From: Octopus bimaculoides | Lineage: Eukaryota | Length of the DNA stretch: 52,844 nucleotides | Direction: 5' to 3' | NCBI RefSeq assembly: GCF_001194135.2 | Contig: NC_068987.1 | Location: forward strand, 45,518,438-45,571,281 | Part shown: piece after piece, positions 23,560 through 36,095 of the stretch | Layout: every line of letters begins with the position of its first letter | Numbering within the stretch: position 1 is the first letter of the stretch | Notes under the pieces: generated by a model | Told to the model about the DNA's origin: nothing | Seen by the model: only the letters and a program-made list of their open reading frames with translations | Database searches by the model: none | Position numbers and translations under genes: made by a program

Positions 23560-23960
23560 ATCATCATCATAATCATCATTTAGTGCCTGCTTTCTATGCT
23601 GGCATGAGTTGACTGGAACTGATAAGCCAGAAAGCTGCACCAAGTTCCAGTCTGATTTGGCATGGTTTCTATGGCTGGATGCCCTTCCTAACGCTAATTA
23701 CTCCAAGAGTGTAATGGGTGATTTTTACATGCCACCAGCACAGGTGTCAGTTATGTGACACAGGCATTGACCATGGTTATGATTTCACTTGGCTTGACAA
23801 GTCTTCTCAAGCACGGCATATTTCCAAAGGTCTCTGTCACTTGTCATCGCCTATGTGAGGCCCAACTTTTGAAGGTCGTGCTTCACTACCTCATCCCATG
23901 TCTTCCTGGGTCTACCTTTTCCACAGGTTTCCTCCACAGTTAGACATTGGTACTTCTTTA
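23560..23960 (-). mobile_element. RTE LINE, 3' end with (GAT)n tail
   Basis: CGKGRPRKTWDEVVKHDL..LGLT..DRDLWKYAVLEK; 3' UTR shared with 26395-27270 and 52655-52844. Confidence 0.8.
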
Positions 23961-23994
23961 CACATCCTTATCTATCACAGGACCATACCAGCAC

Positions 23995-24150
23995 ATGTCA
24001 GGCTTCTTTCAGCTTCCGTCTACCAAATCCACTCACAAGGCTTTGGTCATCCCAAGGAGACATTCACCCAAGGTGCTACATAGTGGGACTGAATCCAGAA
24101 CTGTGTGGTTGGGAAGCAAACTTCTTACCACACATCCACACTTGAGCCTC
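23995..24150 (-). mobile_element. tRNA-derived SINE family B, head region
   Basis: Reverse complement has TGTGTGGTAAG (A-box-like), GGATTCAGTCCC (B-box-like), CCTTGGG and aagccttgtgagtggatttggtagacggaa; second copy at 43165-43330. Confidence 0.7.
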
Positions 24151-24172
24151 TCTCTCTCCCTCTCTCTCTCCC

Positions 24173-24206
<34 letters not shown>

Positions 24207-24458
24207 CTTCTCTCTTCCTATACCAATACGGTTGTACATAGGGTAAATGTGTTTGAAAGTATTGGTTTCTTTGGTAAGTTTGTTCCTAAACAACATTTAT
24301 TTTAGTGCTGTTGACACCGCCGGATTGACTGGTACTGCTCAGGTGTCAAAACCATAATGATATCCGTGGGGCAGCTGATGGTGGAGGTATGTTGGATTGT
24401 TGTCATATTTGTTTTTGTATATGTCGAATAGTATTATAACACATCCTTTTGATATATA

Positions 24459-24511
<53 letters not shown>

Positions 24512-24802
24512 NNNNNNNNNNNNNNNNNNNNNNNNNNNNNNNNNNNNNNNNNNNNNNNNNNNNNNNNNNNNNNNNNNNNNNNNNNNNNNNNNNNNNNNNN
24601 NNNNNNNNNNNNNNNNNNNNNNNNNNNNNNNNNNNNNNNNNNNNNNNNNNNNNNNNNNNNNNNNNNNNNNNNNNNNNNNNNNNNNNNNNNNNNNNNNNNN
24701 NNNNNNNNNNNNNNNNNNNNNNNNNNNNNNNNNNNNNNNNNNNNNNNNNNNNNNNNNNNNNNNNNNNNNNNNNNNNNNNNNNNNNNNNNNNNNNNNNNNN
24801 NN

Positions 24803-24833
<31 letters not shown>

Positions 24834-24844
24834 TGTCTGTTTTG

Positions 24845-25690
24845 TAACAGTATTCACTCAGCAGGGGTTAAGCCAGCTCCTATTGAGTTCATGCAACTCT
24901 GTCAGTTGTTGATTATGCAGCTTGTTGAAGCTATTCCTGGTTTCAGTGTCAAACATCAAAGTTTCGAGGTTTGCTTTGACTGTCATACTTCGACTGACAT
25001 ATCTGCTTTGATTGTCATGAGCCATGTCATCAGCTGACCAGCACTCCACTTACTCCAACCTGAGGGAGGATGAGTTCTTCATAGAGGCACTGTAATGTGT
25101 AGCCAAACCACCATAGTCTCCTCATCAGAAGAGTTCCCTCAAGAGCTGAGAGACTGCAACAAGTATAAAGTCTGAGATATGCAGTTGAAGAAGTCGACAA
25201 ATACAAAAGTGATCCAAGACCTCCAGCTTCTGGTGATCAGCAACATGCATTGGCCAGGTCTGACAACCATAGAGGAGAACTGTTTGGACAAGTGCCTGGT
25301 AAATATGGCATTTTGTTGCAAGAGGGATTTCCCAACACAATCACAAGTGCTTATGGAGGCAGCAGAAGGCTGACTGTGTGCATTTGATCTGAGTGGAGAT
25401 CTCATCCTTCTCATACCCAGTAGCAGTAATGGTGGATCTGAGATATTTGAACTCCTCAACCTCTTCCACAACCTCTCCAACAAGATGAATAGTGACCTTG
25501 GCAGAGGGAGGTATGGTGGCTGAGTGGACCTTCGTTTTTGAGACATTGATCTTCATTCCAACCCTTGCAGCTGTAAGTTTTAACCTATCAAGAGTGCATT
25601 TGATGTCACCATAGGACTTCCCTAGGATGGCAACATCATTGGCAAAGACAAGATCAGTGACTGAGAAATTGCATCCTACCCTGCAACTCT
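24845..25690 (-). mobile_element. RTE-like LINE, RT C-terminal fragment
   Basis: LVFANDVAIL..GMKINVSKTK..EEFKYL and TKCHIYQALVQTVLLYGCQTW (ORFs 25341-25697 and 25125-25340). Confidence 0.85.
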
Positions 25691-25699
25691 CCTGCAACT

Positions 25700-26386
25700 C
25701 TTCTGGATGGTCTCCTTGTTTAAGTTGGTGAATGCTGCCATAATCCTTGCCTTCAGTGTTACAAGGAGTTTTGTTGGTCTCTCACTCAACTGTGCTCGAC
25801 ACATAATATTCAAGAGGGTTGCAGTCTGGGGAGTGAAGTGGCAAGATATTTGGGGTGATGTGGTTGCAGAAATTGTCTGACAGCCATGACTGGCTTCTTC
25901 TGCTTGTGTTGCATGGTGCAGAGTCCTGCTGTCAGACACATGGTCTTCCAGTAGCCACCCTCTTGACTCATGGCAGCACTATCTCCTCCAGGCACTTGAT
26001 GTAGGCCTCCATGTTGAGTGTGAGCCCATGTGGGAAGATGAATGGAGGCATAACATTGCCATCACTGGTGATTACTCCAAACATCATGATGTTGACTGGA
26101 TGTTTGATTTTTATCACTCTCAGTACATGTACTCAGATTGCACTGTCCTCAGATTGGCACCAGTTACTCTGAAATGTTCATATTGGAGCTTCCGGTGTGA
26201 ACACCAAGCAGTACAGCATGTTGTTTCCAAATTTCTGGCAGAGTAAACTGCATCATGGTGCTGTTTTCTCACAGATGGTGCTCAACTGACCCTACTATAC
26301 TGTGTAGTCGACAAAATCAAAAATATATGATGCGCATACATGAAATAAAAAATATAAAATGGCAACAATTTACTCATCGCACCCTG
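25700..26386 (-). mobile_element. maT/DD37D-like transposon, internally deleted
   Basis: TA then TIR CAGGGTGCGATGAGTAAATT at 26386. Peptides include MPPFIFPHGL, (Q)QDSAPCNT and SPDCNPLEYYV. Confidence 0.8.
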
Positions 26387-26391
26387 TATAT

Positions 26392-26394
<3 letters not shown>

Positions 26395-26445
<51 letters not shown>

Positions 26446-27275
26446 GTTTAACGTCTGCTTTCCATGCTGGTATGGGTCGGATGATTTGACTGAGGACTGG
26501 TGAACCAGATGGCTACACCAGACTCCAAGCTGATTTCGCAGAGTTTCTACAACTGGATGCCCTTCCTAATGCCAACCACTCCGAGAGTGTAGTGGGTACT
26601 TTTACGTGCCACCGGCACGAAGGCCAGTCGGGCGGTACTGGCAATGGCCACGCTCAAAATGGTGTAATTTTACATGCCACCTGCACAGGAGCCAGTCCAG
26701 CAGTACTGGCAACAATCTCGCTTGAATGTCTTTACATGTGCCACCAGCACAAGTACCAGGAGGGCGACTCTGGGTACAGGTGCCATCACGATTTCGCTTT
26801 TGCTTGCCCCAACAGGTCTTCACAAGCCGAGTTTAGTGTCCAATGAAGGAAGGTACGCATAAGTGGGCTGGCTACACCCCTGGCAGAGGCCTTGGATTTA
26901 GGTCTCACTTGGCTTGCCGGGTCTTCTCATGTACAGCATATTTCCAAATGTCTCAGTCAGAAGTCATCGCCTCAGTGAGGCCCAATGTTCGAAGGTCATG
27001 CCTCACCACCTCATCCCAGGCCTTCCTGGGCCTACCTCTTCCACAGGTTCCCTCAACTGCTAGGGTGTGGCACTTTTTCACACAGCTATCCTCATCCATC
27101 AGAGCATACTGGCTTCATTCCTACGCATGTCCTCATGCGAGCCTACGCATGTCCTCATGCGAGCCTACGCATGTCCTCAGCAGTCACGGCCCATGTTTCA
27201 CTGCCATGTAGCATGGCTGTTCGTACACATGCGTCATACAGTCTGCCTTTAACTCTGAGTGACAGGTCCCTTGTA
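26395..27275 (-). mobile_element. RTE LINE, 5'-truncated and internally deleted, with (GAT)n tail
   Basis: LRVKGRLYDACVRTAMLHGSETWAVTAED then CGRGRPRKAWDEVVRHDL; long 3' UTR; (TCA)n at 26395-26445 on the + strand. Confidence 0.85.
27120..27179. repeat. 22-bp tandem repeat (about 2.7 copies) with an internal hairpin
   Basis: Unit CCTACGCATGTCCTCATGCGAG contains CGCATG-tcct-CATGCG. Confidence 0.95.
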
Positions 27276-27599
27276 TATATAATACAATAAGCTTGCAGCA
27301 GATCAAACTGATAAAGCCTTTTGTATGTATTGTGTTGGGAACAAGCATTCTATTCATGTGTACGGGAGTATATTTTCAACCACATATCTATGTGTATATA
27401 TGTGTGTATGTATGTATGTATGTATGTATGTATGTATGCATGAATGTTTTTATGTACGTATGTATGCCTGTATGTTGTCAGCTGAATTTATTTAATGTGA
27501 GTCAGATTTTTTCTTTTCTTTTTTTATTAGAGTCTTGGGATTTCTAGTTTGTCATGTAGTTCTTTTGTTACAAAACTCAGAATATAAAAATATGTGTTC

Positions 27600-28190
27600 G
27601 TGTGAAATGGAATTGTATAGATTAAGTACATATTTCACATAACACAAGGTGTTTTAAGCCAGGGGTGTGGATGGGAATCAGTAGTTTAGAAATATAAACC
27701 ACAATAGCACAAATAATGTATAAAAGGTGTGTTGAATCCATGGCATTTTGGACTTGGTGAATTAGATCTATTGATAAGATACATACAAGAAGATATTGCA
27801 ACATATAGGCATAGATAAAGATATAGAACCCTTAGTACTATAAATTATAGGTGTGAAATGGATTGATTGTTAAGGCACATAACCTAGGGTATTGTAGAGC
27901 CAGATATGAATAGGCCTGCAGACCTCCTCATCCTGCTCCTCCTCCTGCTCCTCCTCCTCATCCTGCTCCTCCTCCTCTCAAGATGTATCTCACAATGCCA
28001 GGGATCCTTATTCCCCCCCATTAGCTTTACTAAGTTCTTAATTGCTTGCTGTGTATCTGTTAACAACATCAACATAGTCAAGTGGTCTTTGTCCTCTATG
28101 AGGATGTGGAAGTCTCCAGGATATAACATCTGATATAGATTGTTATTTAGCATGATTGTAGTGACTAGCAAAGTTTACTCTGTGCTGGGC
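27600..28190 (-). mobile_element. Possible CR1/L2-like LINE endonuclease and linker relic, interrupted by (CTC)n
   Basis: Only weak motifs: 'PGDFHI' (GDFN-like) and 'HPWL'. Confidence 0.3.
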
Positions 28191-28515
28191 AACAGTTGTA
28201 GAGCTGGTTGGAATCTGTCCATAAATTTCCTTTTTGGGCTCATGCTCATGCCATAAGATGTTTTGAGTCCCCATGAAAAGGATTTGTATGAGAGTTTCTC
28301 ATGAGGAGAGGCTTATGTTACTGAAAACTATGCATGTGAATGATACTTACTTTTGAAGTAAATAATCTAGTTTCAGTAAACTGTAAAGATGAATGAGAAT
28401 GTACAGTCAAAGTGGTTAATTGGTCTTAGAGAAGCAAATGAAATAACTTGTAAGCATAGTTAATGGTTAAAGTATCACAGAGATAAATTCAGGCTTGCAG
28501 CAGAAGATGAAAATA

Positions 28516-29797
28516 TTGGGTTGTCTCATAAATAATGCAGTTTTATTATAATTTTAGTTTTCAAAATTAAGATAAACAAAGTTCTATTTTAATCTAAAAT
28601 ATACTCTCCTTCATTTTCTACAATGCTCTTCCATCTATCTGGTAGACTTGCAAGGCCCCTTTTCCAAAATTCACTTGTCCATGACAAAAATACTCCTCCA
28701 GTACTGTTCTGACTTTGTCTGCAGAATTCATATTTTTTCTGTCCAAATGATTTTGAAGACTGGAGATTAAATGATAATCAGCTGGGGCAATGTCCAGCGA
28801 ATATGATGGGTGGGGTATCATTTCCCATTGAAACTGCTCCAGCCTTTGGAATGTCATCCTTGCCGTATGTGGCCGAGTATTATCCTAATAGAACACCTTT
28901 TGTCTTGAAACCAAAGATGGTCATATTTCTTCTAGCACTGACTTAAGCTACTCAAGCTGCTCACAGTAGGTCTCCTTTATTATCATTTGGTTTGGGTTTA
29001 AAAGTTCAAAGAGCACTAAACCTTTCATATTTCACCAAACAGATAACAACACCTTACGTGGGTGAAGATCTTCTTTAACCTAGGTTACCAGTGTTTCTCC
29101 TTTCCCTACCCACTGTTTTTGGCACTTGACATTTTTTAGGGAACCCATTTCTTGTCACCAGTCACTATTTGATTGTAAAAGGATTCATTCATGAGATGTG
29201 ACAGGAAAGAAGAGCACACATTTACTCTGCACACGATTAGACTCAGAATGTTTGTGAGGAACCCATTCACCCAATTTGCTAACTTTTCTGATGGCACACA
29301 GGTGTTGAGGAATAGTTGAATGACCAAATCCAAGCTTCTCTGCTAGTTTCTCAATAGTTACAATGGAATTTTGTTACACTAGGGTTTGCAGGACATCCAT
29401 GCCAAGCTCTATAGATCTTCCAGGATGAAGCTTGTCTTCTAGGCTGTAGTTTCCAGCTCAGAATTTCTGAAATCACCGTTGACACTAGCTTACGCTTATT
29501 GTCCGATCCTCATATACTGCATAAATATTCCTCACACTTTCCATTATGTTGCCTTTATTGAACTCATAAAGCAAAATATACTGAATATGCTCTTTTATCA
29601 CTTCCATTATAGCACTGAAAAAAAAAAAATAACTGTTAAAATCGAATTGCCCTCTTCTAAACTTGCACTAAAAATAAGTACAAAGTAAAATTACTACCTG
29701 CTTTTATAGCAAATTGTTGCAGGTAGTTTATTCCATCCCCCTGCGACTTTTAGTTCATGCAATTGAAAAAAACTGCATTATTTATGTGATGACCCAC
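28516..29797 (-). mobile_element. Full-length (1282 bp) decayed mariner with both TIRs and TA target duplications
   Basis: TA|TTGGGTTGTCTCATAAATAATGCAGTTTT ... AAAACTGCATTATTTATGTGATGACCCAC|TA. Transposase relic HIQYILLYEFNKG, IVTGDKKWV, YSLDIAPADYHL with stops and frameshifts. Confidence 0.92.
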
Positions 29798-30936
29798 TAT
29801 TATAAGTTGATGCTTAATATCTTTATTTTCAAACATTTCTCAAATACAAATACAATACAAATACAACATAGTTGATATGTATGAGCCAACAAGGGGACCT
29901 ATACTTGATTGCTAAACTAGCTAGATGTAGCAACCAAATCTCCTTTAAATTATACCATACCTTCTTTTAAAAAGGACACATATGATAAGGAGTGCCTAGA
30001 CACAGGGTTGACCAGAAGCTAAACAAGAACAAGAACAAGAACAACAACAACAACAATAACAATAGACCTAATGTTTTCTTCTAATGGACTGTCTGATAGA
30101 TGTGAATGTCTCAACTAAGTTTTCAGAGAAGAGAATATATATAGTAAATAAATAAAGAAGCTGGAGCCCCTTATACTGCCCCTTGTTTCTAATCTACCGA
30201 TAAATTATTCATTTATTCAGAAGCTGGAACTTCTGCCAGTTGTTTCTAATCTGCCATAATGAAATAGCTTACAGTTTGTATTGCAGAGTTCAAATCTTGT
30301 GAGACACACTTCACCTTAAATTTTTCTGGGTTTGATACATAAAGTACCATTCAAGAAGAGTTGACCAACAAAATTATTAAGGTGTTGGATAAAATGCTTT
30401 CTGGTATTTGTTCCAGATCCTTGAATTTTGAGTTTAAATCCTACTGTTAAATTGGTAATAAGCTTAATCTGTAACCCAATTTAACACCTTCAACTGGCCC
30501 TTGGGTGATTGTAGCACAGTTGATTCTATTGCATCCATTTGAGCCAGGTATCCAATTTGAGGATATCATCCTCCTTCCTCCTATCCAGTTTTTGAAGACT
30601 CTGAAAAGGGTTAGGGGCACTGCTCTTCCTCTTGGCTAAAAGAAGCCAGAATGTTGATAGCTATAAGCATAAATATGAACTTAAAATCAGGGTCAAAATG
30701 CAAAAGTGCTGTAAACTATGCAAAAGTGCTGTAAACTATACATATGAATGATAATCTATAGGCAGATTAGAAAAAATAGGAAGATTATAGATGCTCCAGC
30801 TTCTGAATGAATGAACAATCTGGGCGAAGGTCAAGAATACACACTCCTGATCTTTAGGGTTAGGGTTACGCCAAAATTGGATGGTGTGCATATTCTTTAC
30901 CTCTCCCTATTTATGTACATGTATATGAAAGATGTA

Positions 30937-31001
<65 letters not shown>

Positions 31002-31684
31002 GCAAGTGAGTGCCACTTGCACATACATGCAAACAATTTCATACATTACAACACACCTTCACTCACTCACTCACTCTTTTTCTCTTTCTCTCTCTCTCTC
31101 TCACACACACATGTCCATTTCATATACACGTACATCTTACACTTTCTCCTCTCTTTTACTTTCTCCTTTCACTTCAAAGCGAATGTCACCTTTTCACTTT
31201 ATCCCCTCTTTTTCAATTTCTGCTCTCTTCAAAGCATACAGAAATTAAAACAATTTTATGGAAATTAACAATCATATGACTCCATATATGTTAAGTTGAC
31301 AACTTTGCTTCTTCAAATGAAAGAATGTCATAAAATAACTTCCTTTGACACACACATACATGCATACACACACTCTAGGTAAAACTTCTGTGCTAATTAT
31401 GTTAATTCTTGCAGTATACACGTGCAAATTTACACCTCAAACCCAATTGAAATTATCTTTTTCTATTGTGTAATTTGTTTGTGATGAGCGTATTTAAAAC
31501 ACTGATCTTCGATATAAACTTAAAAGGAAGTTTTCCCAGAAATCCTGTCCTTTACTGTTTCTTTCTGGCATGTCCGAGGTGACATTCCCACCCCAACCTT
31601 ACATTTTTCCCTAAATTTCTTCTGATTCCTATGTTTGCGATACAGGAGATTAGGATTTCATCCACAAAACATGTTCACAATATT

Positions 31685-33575
31685 CTAATTTTCTCCCTCT
31701 CCACACCAAATTAATTTCTTTTACTTTTTTCAAATTTTTATTCTTGGTAATCCACGGAGAAAAAACAGACAGTACAAATCTTTAAGAATTTTACCCATCA
31801 CCTCACCACTTTCAAAAAGCTACACACTCCCAATGTTTCACTTTTAGCTTTTTGGAAAGCAGGGAAGTTTCTTCAGAAATAATGTCGTTTACCTGTTGTT
31901 TCTAGCATGTCGGGTTTTCTGGTGCTGGTCTAGTATTTTTAAGTCTATTTCAGTAGAATTTTATGCATGCGGGCAACATCAGACAAAAGTGAAAGATTGG
32001 GAGATTTTTGCTTCTTGAAAGCTGGTAGGTGATGGATGGGTGAGGTGAGGTGCTCCTTTAAGAAAAATTAAACTAAAATATATATATATATATATCATTA
32101 TATATAAAAATGAGAATGTGTGTCTGTCTGTCTGTCTGTCTGTGTGAATCCCTAAAACTCGAGAACTACGCGACCAATTTCATTCAAATTTTACACATGC
32201 CTTACTTAGGGTTCCAGTTGTGTTTTAGTCAAAAAAAATTATTAACTTCTTGCAGAGTTCGAGCACACGGCAACATAATATCTCCTCCACTATTAAAGTA
32301 TTACGTGTCAAAAGTGAAACAAAAACACTCATGTCAAATACTTTCACTTTAAAATGAAACTATTCCACTAACTGAAACAATCACATTTCGATACTGTAGT
32401 GACAGATACTTTCANNNNNNNNNNNNNNNNNNNNNNNNNNNNNNNNNNNNNNNNNNNNNNNNNNNNNNNNNNNNNNNNNNNNNNNNNNNNNNNNNNNNNN
32501 NNNNNNNNNNNNNNNNNNNNNNNNNNNNNNNNNNNNNNNNNNNNNNNNNNNNNNNNNNNNNNNNNNNNNNNNNNNNNNNNNNNNNNNNNNNNNNNNNNNN
32601 NNNNNNNNNNNNNNNNNNNNNNNNNNNNNNNNNNNNNNNNNNNNNNNNNNNNNNNNNNNNNNNNNNNNNNNNNNNNNNNNNNNNNNNNNNNNNNNNNNNN
32701 NNNNNNNNNNNNNNNNNNNNNNNNNNNNNNNNNNNNNNNNNNNNNNNNNNNNNNNNNNNNNNNNNNNNNNNNNNNNNNNNNNNNNNNNNNNNNNNNNNNN
32801 NNNNNNNNNNNNNNNNNNNNNNNNNNNNNNNNNNNNNNNNNNNNNNNNNNNNNNNNNNNNNNNNNNNNNNNNNNNNNNNNNNNNNNNNNNNNNNNNNNNN
32901 NNNNNNNNNNNNNNNNNNNNNNNNNNNNNNNNNNNNNNNNNNNNNNNNNNNNNNNNNNNNNNNNNNNNNNNNNNNNNNNNNNNNNNNNNNNNNNNNNNNN
33001 NNNNNNNNNNNNNNNNNNNNNNNNNNNNNNNNNNNNNNNNNNNNNNNNNNNNNNNNNNNNNNNNNNNNNNNNNNNNNNNNNNNNNNNNNNNNNNNNNNNN
33101 NNNNNNNNNNNNNNNNNNNNNNNNNNNNNNNNNNNNNNNNNNNNNNNNNNNNNNNNNNNNNACAAAAAACCTATTTGTATATTCTCCACAAGGGAAAACA
33201 AGGAACATAGTTTACAATGAGGTCTTATAATCACAACAGCAAGAAAGTATGTACATGATCACCTTCTTTTACGAAACTTCATTGACTTTCATATATTTAT
33301 ATTGATATACATATATATACGTGTGTTTGGGTGCGTGTGTGTATATACATCTCTATATATAAAGATGATGCGTAGTCTAGACAGCGTTTTTAGATTTCAT
33401 TATTCTCTTTAACCCGGGCAACGCCGGGTATTTCTGCTAGTATGATATATATTTCCCAGATTCCTAATCTCTGTATTTTTCTACGTAGATAACAAAAAAA
33501 AAAAAAGAAATAAAAAGATTTGGAAAAAAGTTACAAATTAAGAAACTGCAGAGGGGATAGAAGGAAATAAAAATT
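31685..33575. mobile_element. Foldback (long imperfect inverted repeat) element interrupted by a Helitron
   Basis: Left arm about 31685-31845 matches the reverse complement of 31985-32045 plus about 33465-33575. Confidence 0.65.
32095..33440 (+). mobile_element. Non-autonomous Helitron (central part in an N gap)
   Basis: 5' A|TCATTATATATAAAAATGAGAATG with (TGTC)n; 3' hairpin ACCCGG-gcaacg-CCGGGT (33412-33429) then CTAG|T; inserted at an AT dinucleotide with no TSD. Confidence 0.8.
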
Positions 33576-33799
33576 TTGAAAACGTAATTTCTGGACAAAA
33601 TTGTATTAACAGCCTTTTATATGATGAAACAACACATAGTTTCTGATCCTTCTTAAGAACAGAAAACTCTTTCATGCAAACCCATGCAAATTGTTCCCTC
33701 GCATTTCACTATTAAACAAAAAATAACTTCCATTATTCCATTAACTATATATCAGCTGTGCCGATTCTGCCCATAAGAAAGGAGCAAATAATACAATGT

Positions 33800-34020
33800 G
33801 CTCGTAGGTCAAAACACCCAAGCAACACTGTGATGCTTTGCTAGTAAACAATAAGAATTTTGTTAAATACTCAGAAGTATCCCAAGAGGTAGTAGATAGT
33901 TTGTATTACTTTGGTGAACAAATTAGCAGTGAAGAAGATTTTTCTGAAAGTATAGTTGCTTGTGTAAGAACAAACTGGAGCAAGTTCAGAGGGTTATTAC
34001 CTCTGTTAGTAAGAGATTCT
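33800..34020 (+). mobile_element. RTE LINE RT fragment
   Basis: EVVDSLYYFGEQIS..SESIVACVRTNWSKFRGLLPLLV. Confidence 0.65.
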
Positions 34021-34497
34021 GAAAGCATGATGTCTATACACACTGCTGGGCCCCTTACCCAGTTTGCCCCTGTCAAATCTTCCTCCATCACTCCTTCACC
34101 TGTTTACCACTCATCCCCCTGTCATTCTCTTAATTATAACAGTATACCACTGCTGTAATTAAATGAGAGCAGAACTACATACTTCCTTTTCTATGTGACC
34201 ACTCCCCAGCATCCCTTTCTTTGATATTTATCCCTCATTCTTAACACTGTTGCTCCATACTCACATTTTCCATTGATCACCATTTCTGTGCTACTAGTTA
34301 TTTTTCCATCTCCTCTGAACCACTTTCTATTGATTTACTCAGAGATACATAGGAGTAAATGTACCTTTTACCATATATCTCTCATCTACCCACACTTTCT
34401 TGCAACCTATTTACACCACTCACTCATCATCATGCTTTTTATTCATCCTTCCTCTGTCTACTGTATTATTATTATTGTTGTTGTTGTTGTTGTTGCT

Positions 34498-36095
34498 TTA
34501 CTTCTCAGAGTGCTCAATCTTGTTTACTCTGGTAGATTCTGTGAGAGCAGACAGTAGCTTGCTGTCCTGCTGTCAGAGGTTTCACAGGGTCTATCTTTCC
34601 ATACATTATAAGCTTTTGTACTTGTTTCTTAACTATTGTGGAAGACATTCAACATCCAAGTACCAATCTCAAAATCCTAGCTGTCCCTAGCAGTGCAGCT
34701 TTTTGAGCTTGCTCTGCTCTCATGTCAATTCTGCCTTCTCTGACATATTTCTTGAAAATGGTTGTTTGTGCTCTAAGTTTCCCCACAGCTACTGGAATGA
34801 CAGACACTCTCCTCATAGTCCACATTCTTGAAATTTCATTTTTTAATCTTTTCAATCTTTTCTAGTTCTTTGTCATCTATGCATGCATCCCCAGGAATTG
34901 CAATATCTATAATCTTGGTTTCTTTTTTTCCTTTTTTCCTCAACAATATCTGGTCTCCAAGCCTTGATTAGGGAGTCACATTGGATTGTAAAATCCGACA
35001 GTATCTTATATTCTTTGTTCTCAGCAATTCTTTCTGGTTCATGTTTGTATCATTTCCATGCTTTGTTAAGGCCATACTTTTCACATAGCCTATAGTGGAT
35101 GAACTTGGTCAAAGTATCATTCTTCCTTATGTAGTGCTTTTGGGCCAGCTTGCAACACTCACTCACAATATGTGAGATTGCTTTGTTTCTGCTGCCACAC
35201 ATCCTACAACGGTGCAGTTTGCTGCTCTTATCTATTAGGAACTTGGTGTAATTAGTTCTCAGAGCTTGTTTCTGGGTGCTACATATCAAATGTCTCAGTG
35301 AATCCTTTCAAATTACTTTTTCTTAGCCAGCTCCAAGTGTTGATCTTATCTTTTCCTTCAGTTTCTCTGAGGTGTTTTTCCAATTGTTTATTCTTTCATC
35401 TTCATCTTGTTTCTTAATTTTTTGTGGGTGCATCACATTTTCAGTAGGTATTGTATTATTAATTCTGACAGCAGCAAGTAAGGATTGACTCTGCTGTTTG
35501 ATGTACCATCCTAGACTGTTCTTCTCATTGACAACACAGGTCTTGCATCCTATGAGGCCTCTTCCTAGGCACATAGTCTGTTAGTATTGCTTTTGGGGTG
35601 TGGTTCCTTGTTAATTGTTATCACCTTTCTGGTTTCCTGTCCATTTCCTCAAGCTCGTTTATGTCCCTCTTGATGTTAACCACCTCCAAAAATTTCCCAC
35701 ACGAAGTTAGCTCTGTATTCCAGTTTTTCATTGATCTTCTAATAAAATTTGTTGTGTTATCAGACACCTGTACCAGCTCAAAACTTACTAAAATCCAGGA
35801 ATGGGAGACCATGTCATATGCTTTCTTATAATCGATCCACACCATGCCCAAGATAGTAAGTCTTTTCTTTCAGTTGTTCAGTACCATTCTGTCTATCAGA
35901 AATTGTTTTTTTATCCCTCGACTTTTCCTTTTGCATCCTTTCTGTTCCACTGGCAGTTTATCATTCATTTCCAGAAAGTTGTACACATAATAAGATATTA
36001 TTCCTGTCATCAGCTTCCATATCAGGGTCAGACTGGTGATAGGCGAGTAATTATCCACCGCATCAGGAGCAGACAAGTGATTGCTTGTTCTTTCA
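34498..36095 (-). mobile_element. Internally deleted R4/Dong-like retrotransposon
   Basis: DNYSPITSL..EQKG; WIDYKKAYDMVSHSWI; CRMCG..HIVSEC; AQKAALLGTARILRLVLG; 3' end runs into (AAC)n(AAT)n. Confidence 0.88.

Noticed and set aside
27120-27179. CRISPR-like palindromic repeats
   Set aside because: The units are contiguous with no spacers, lie inside a eukaryotic LINE, and there are no cas genes.
30854-30870. TTAGGG telomeric-like repeat
   Set aside because: Only about two units, compatible with chance.
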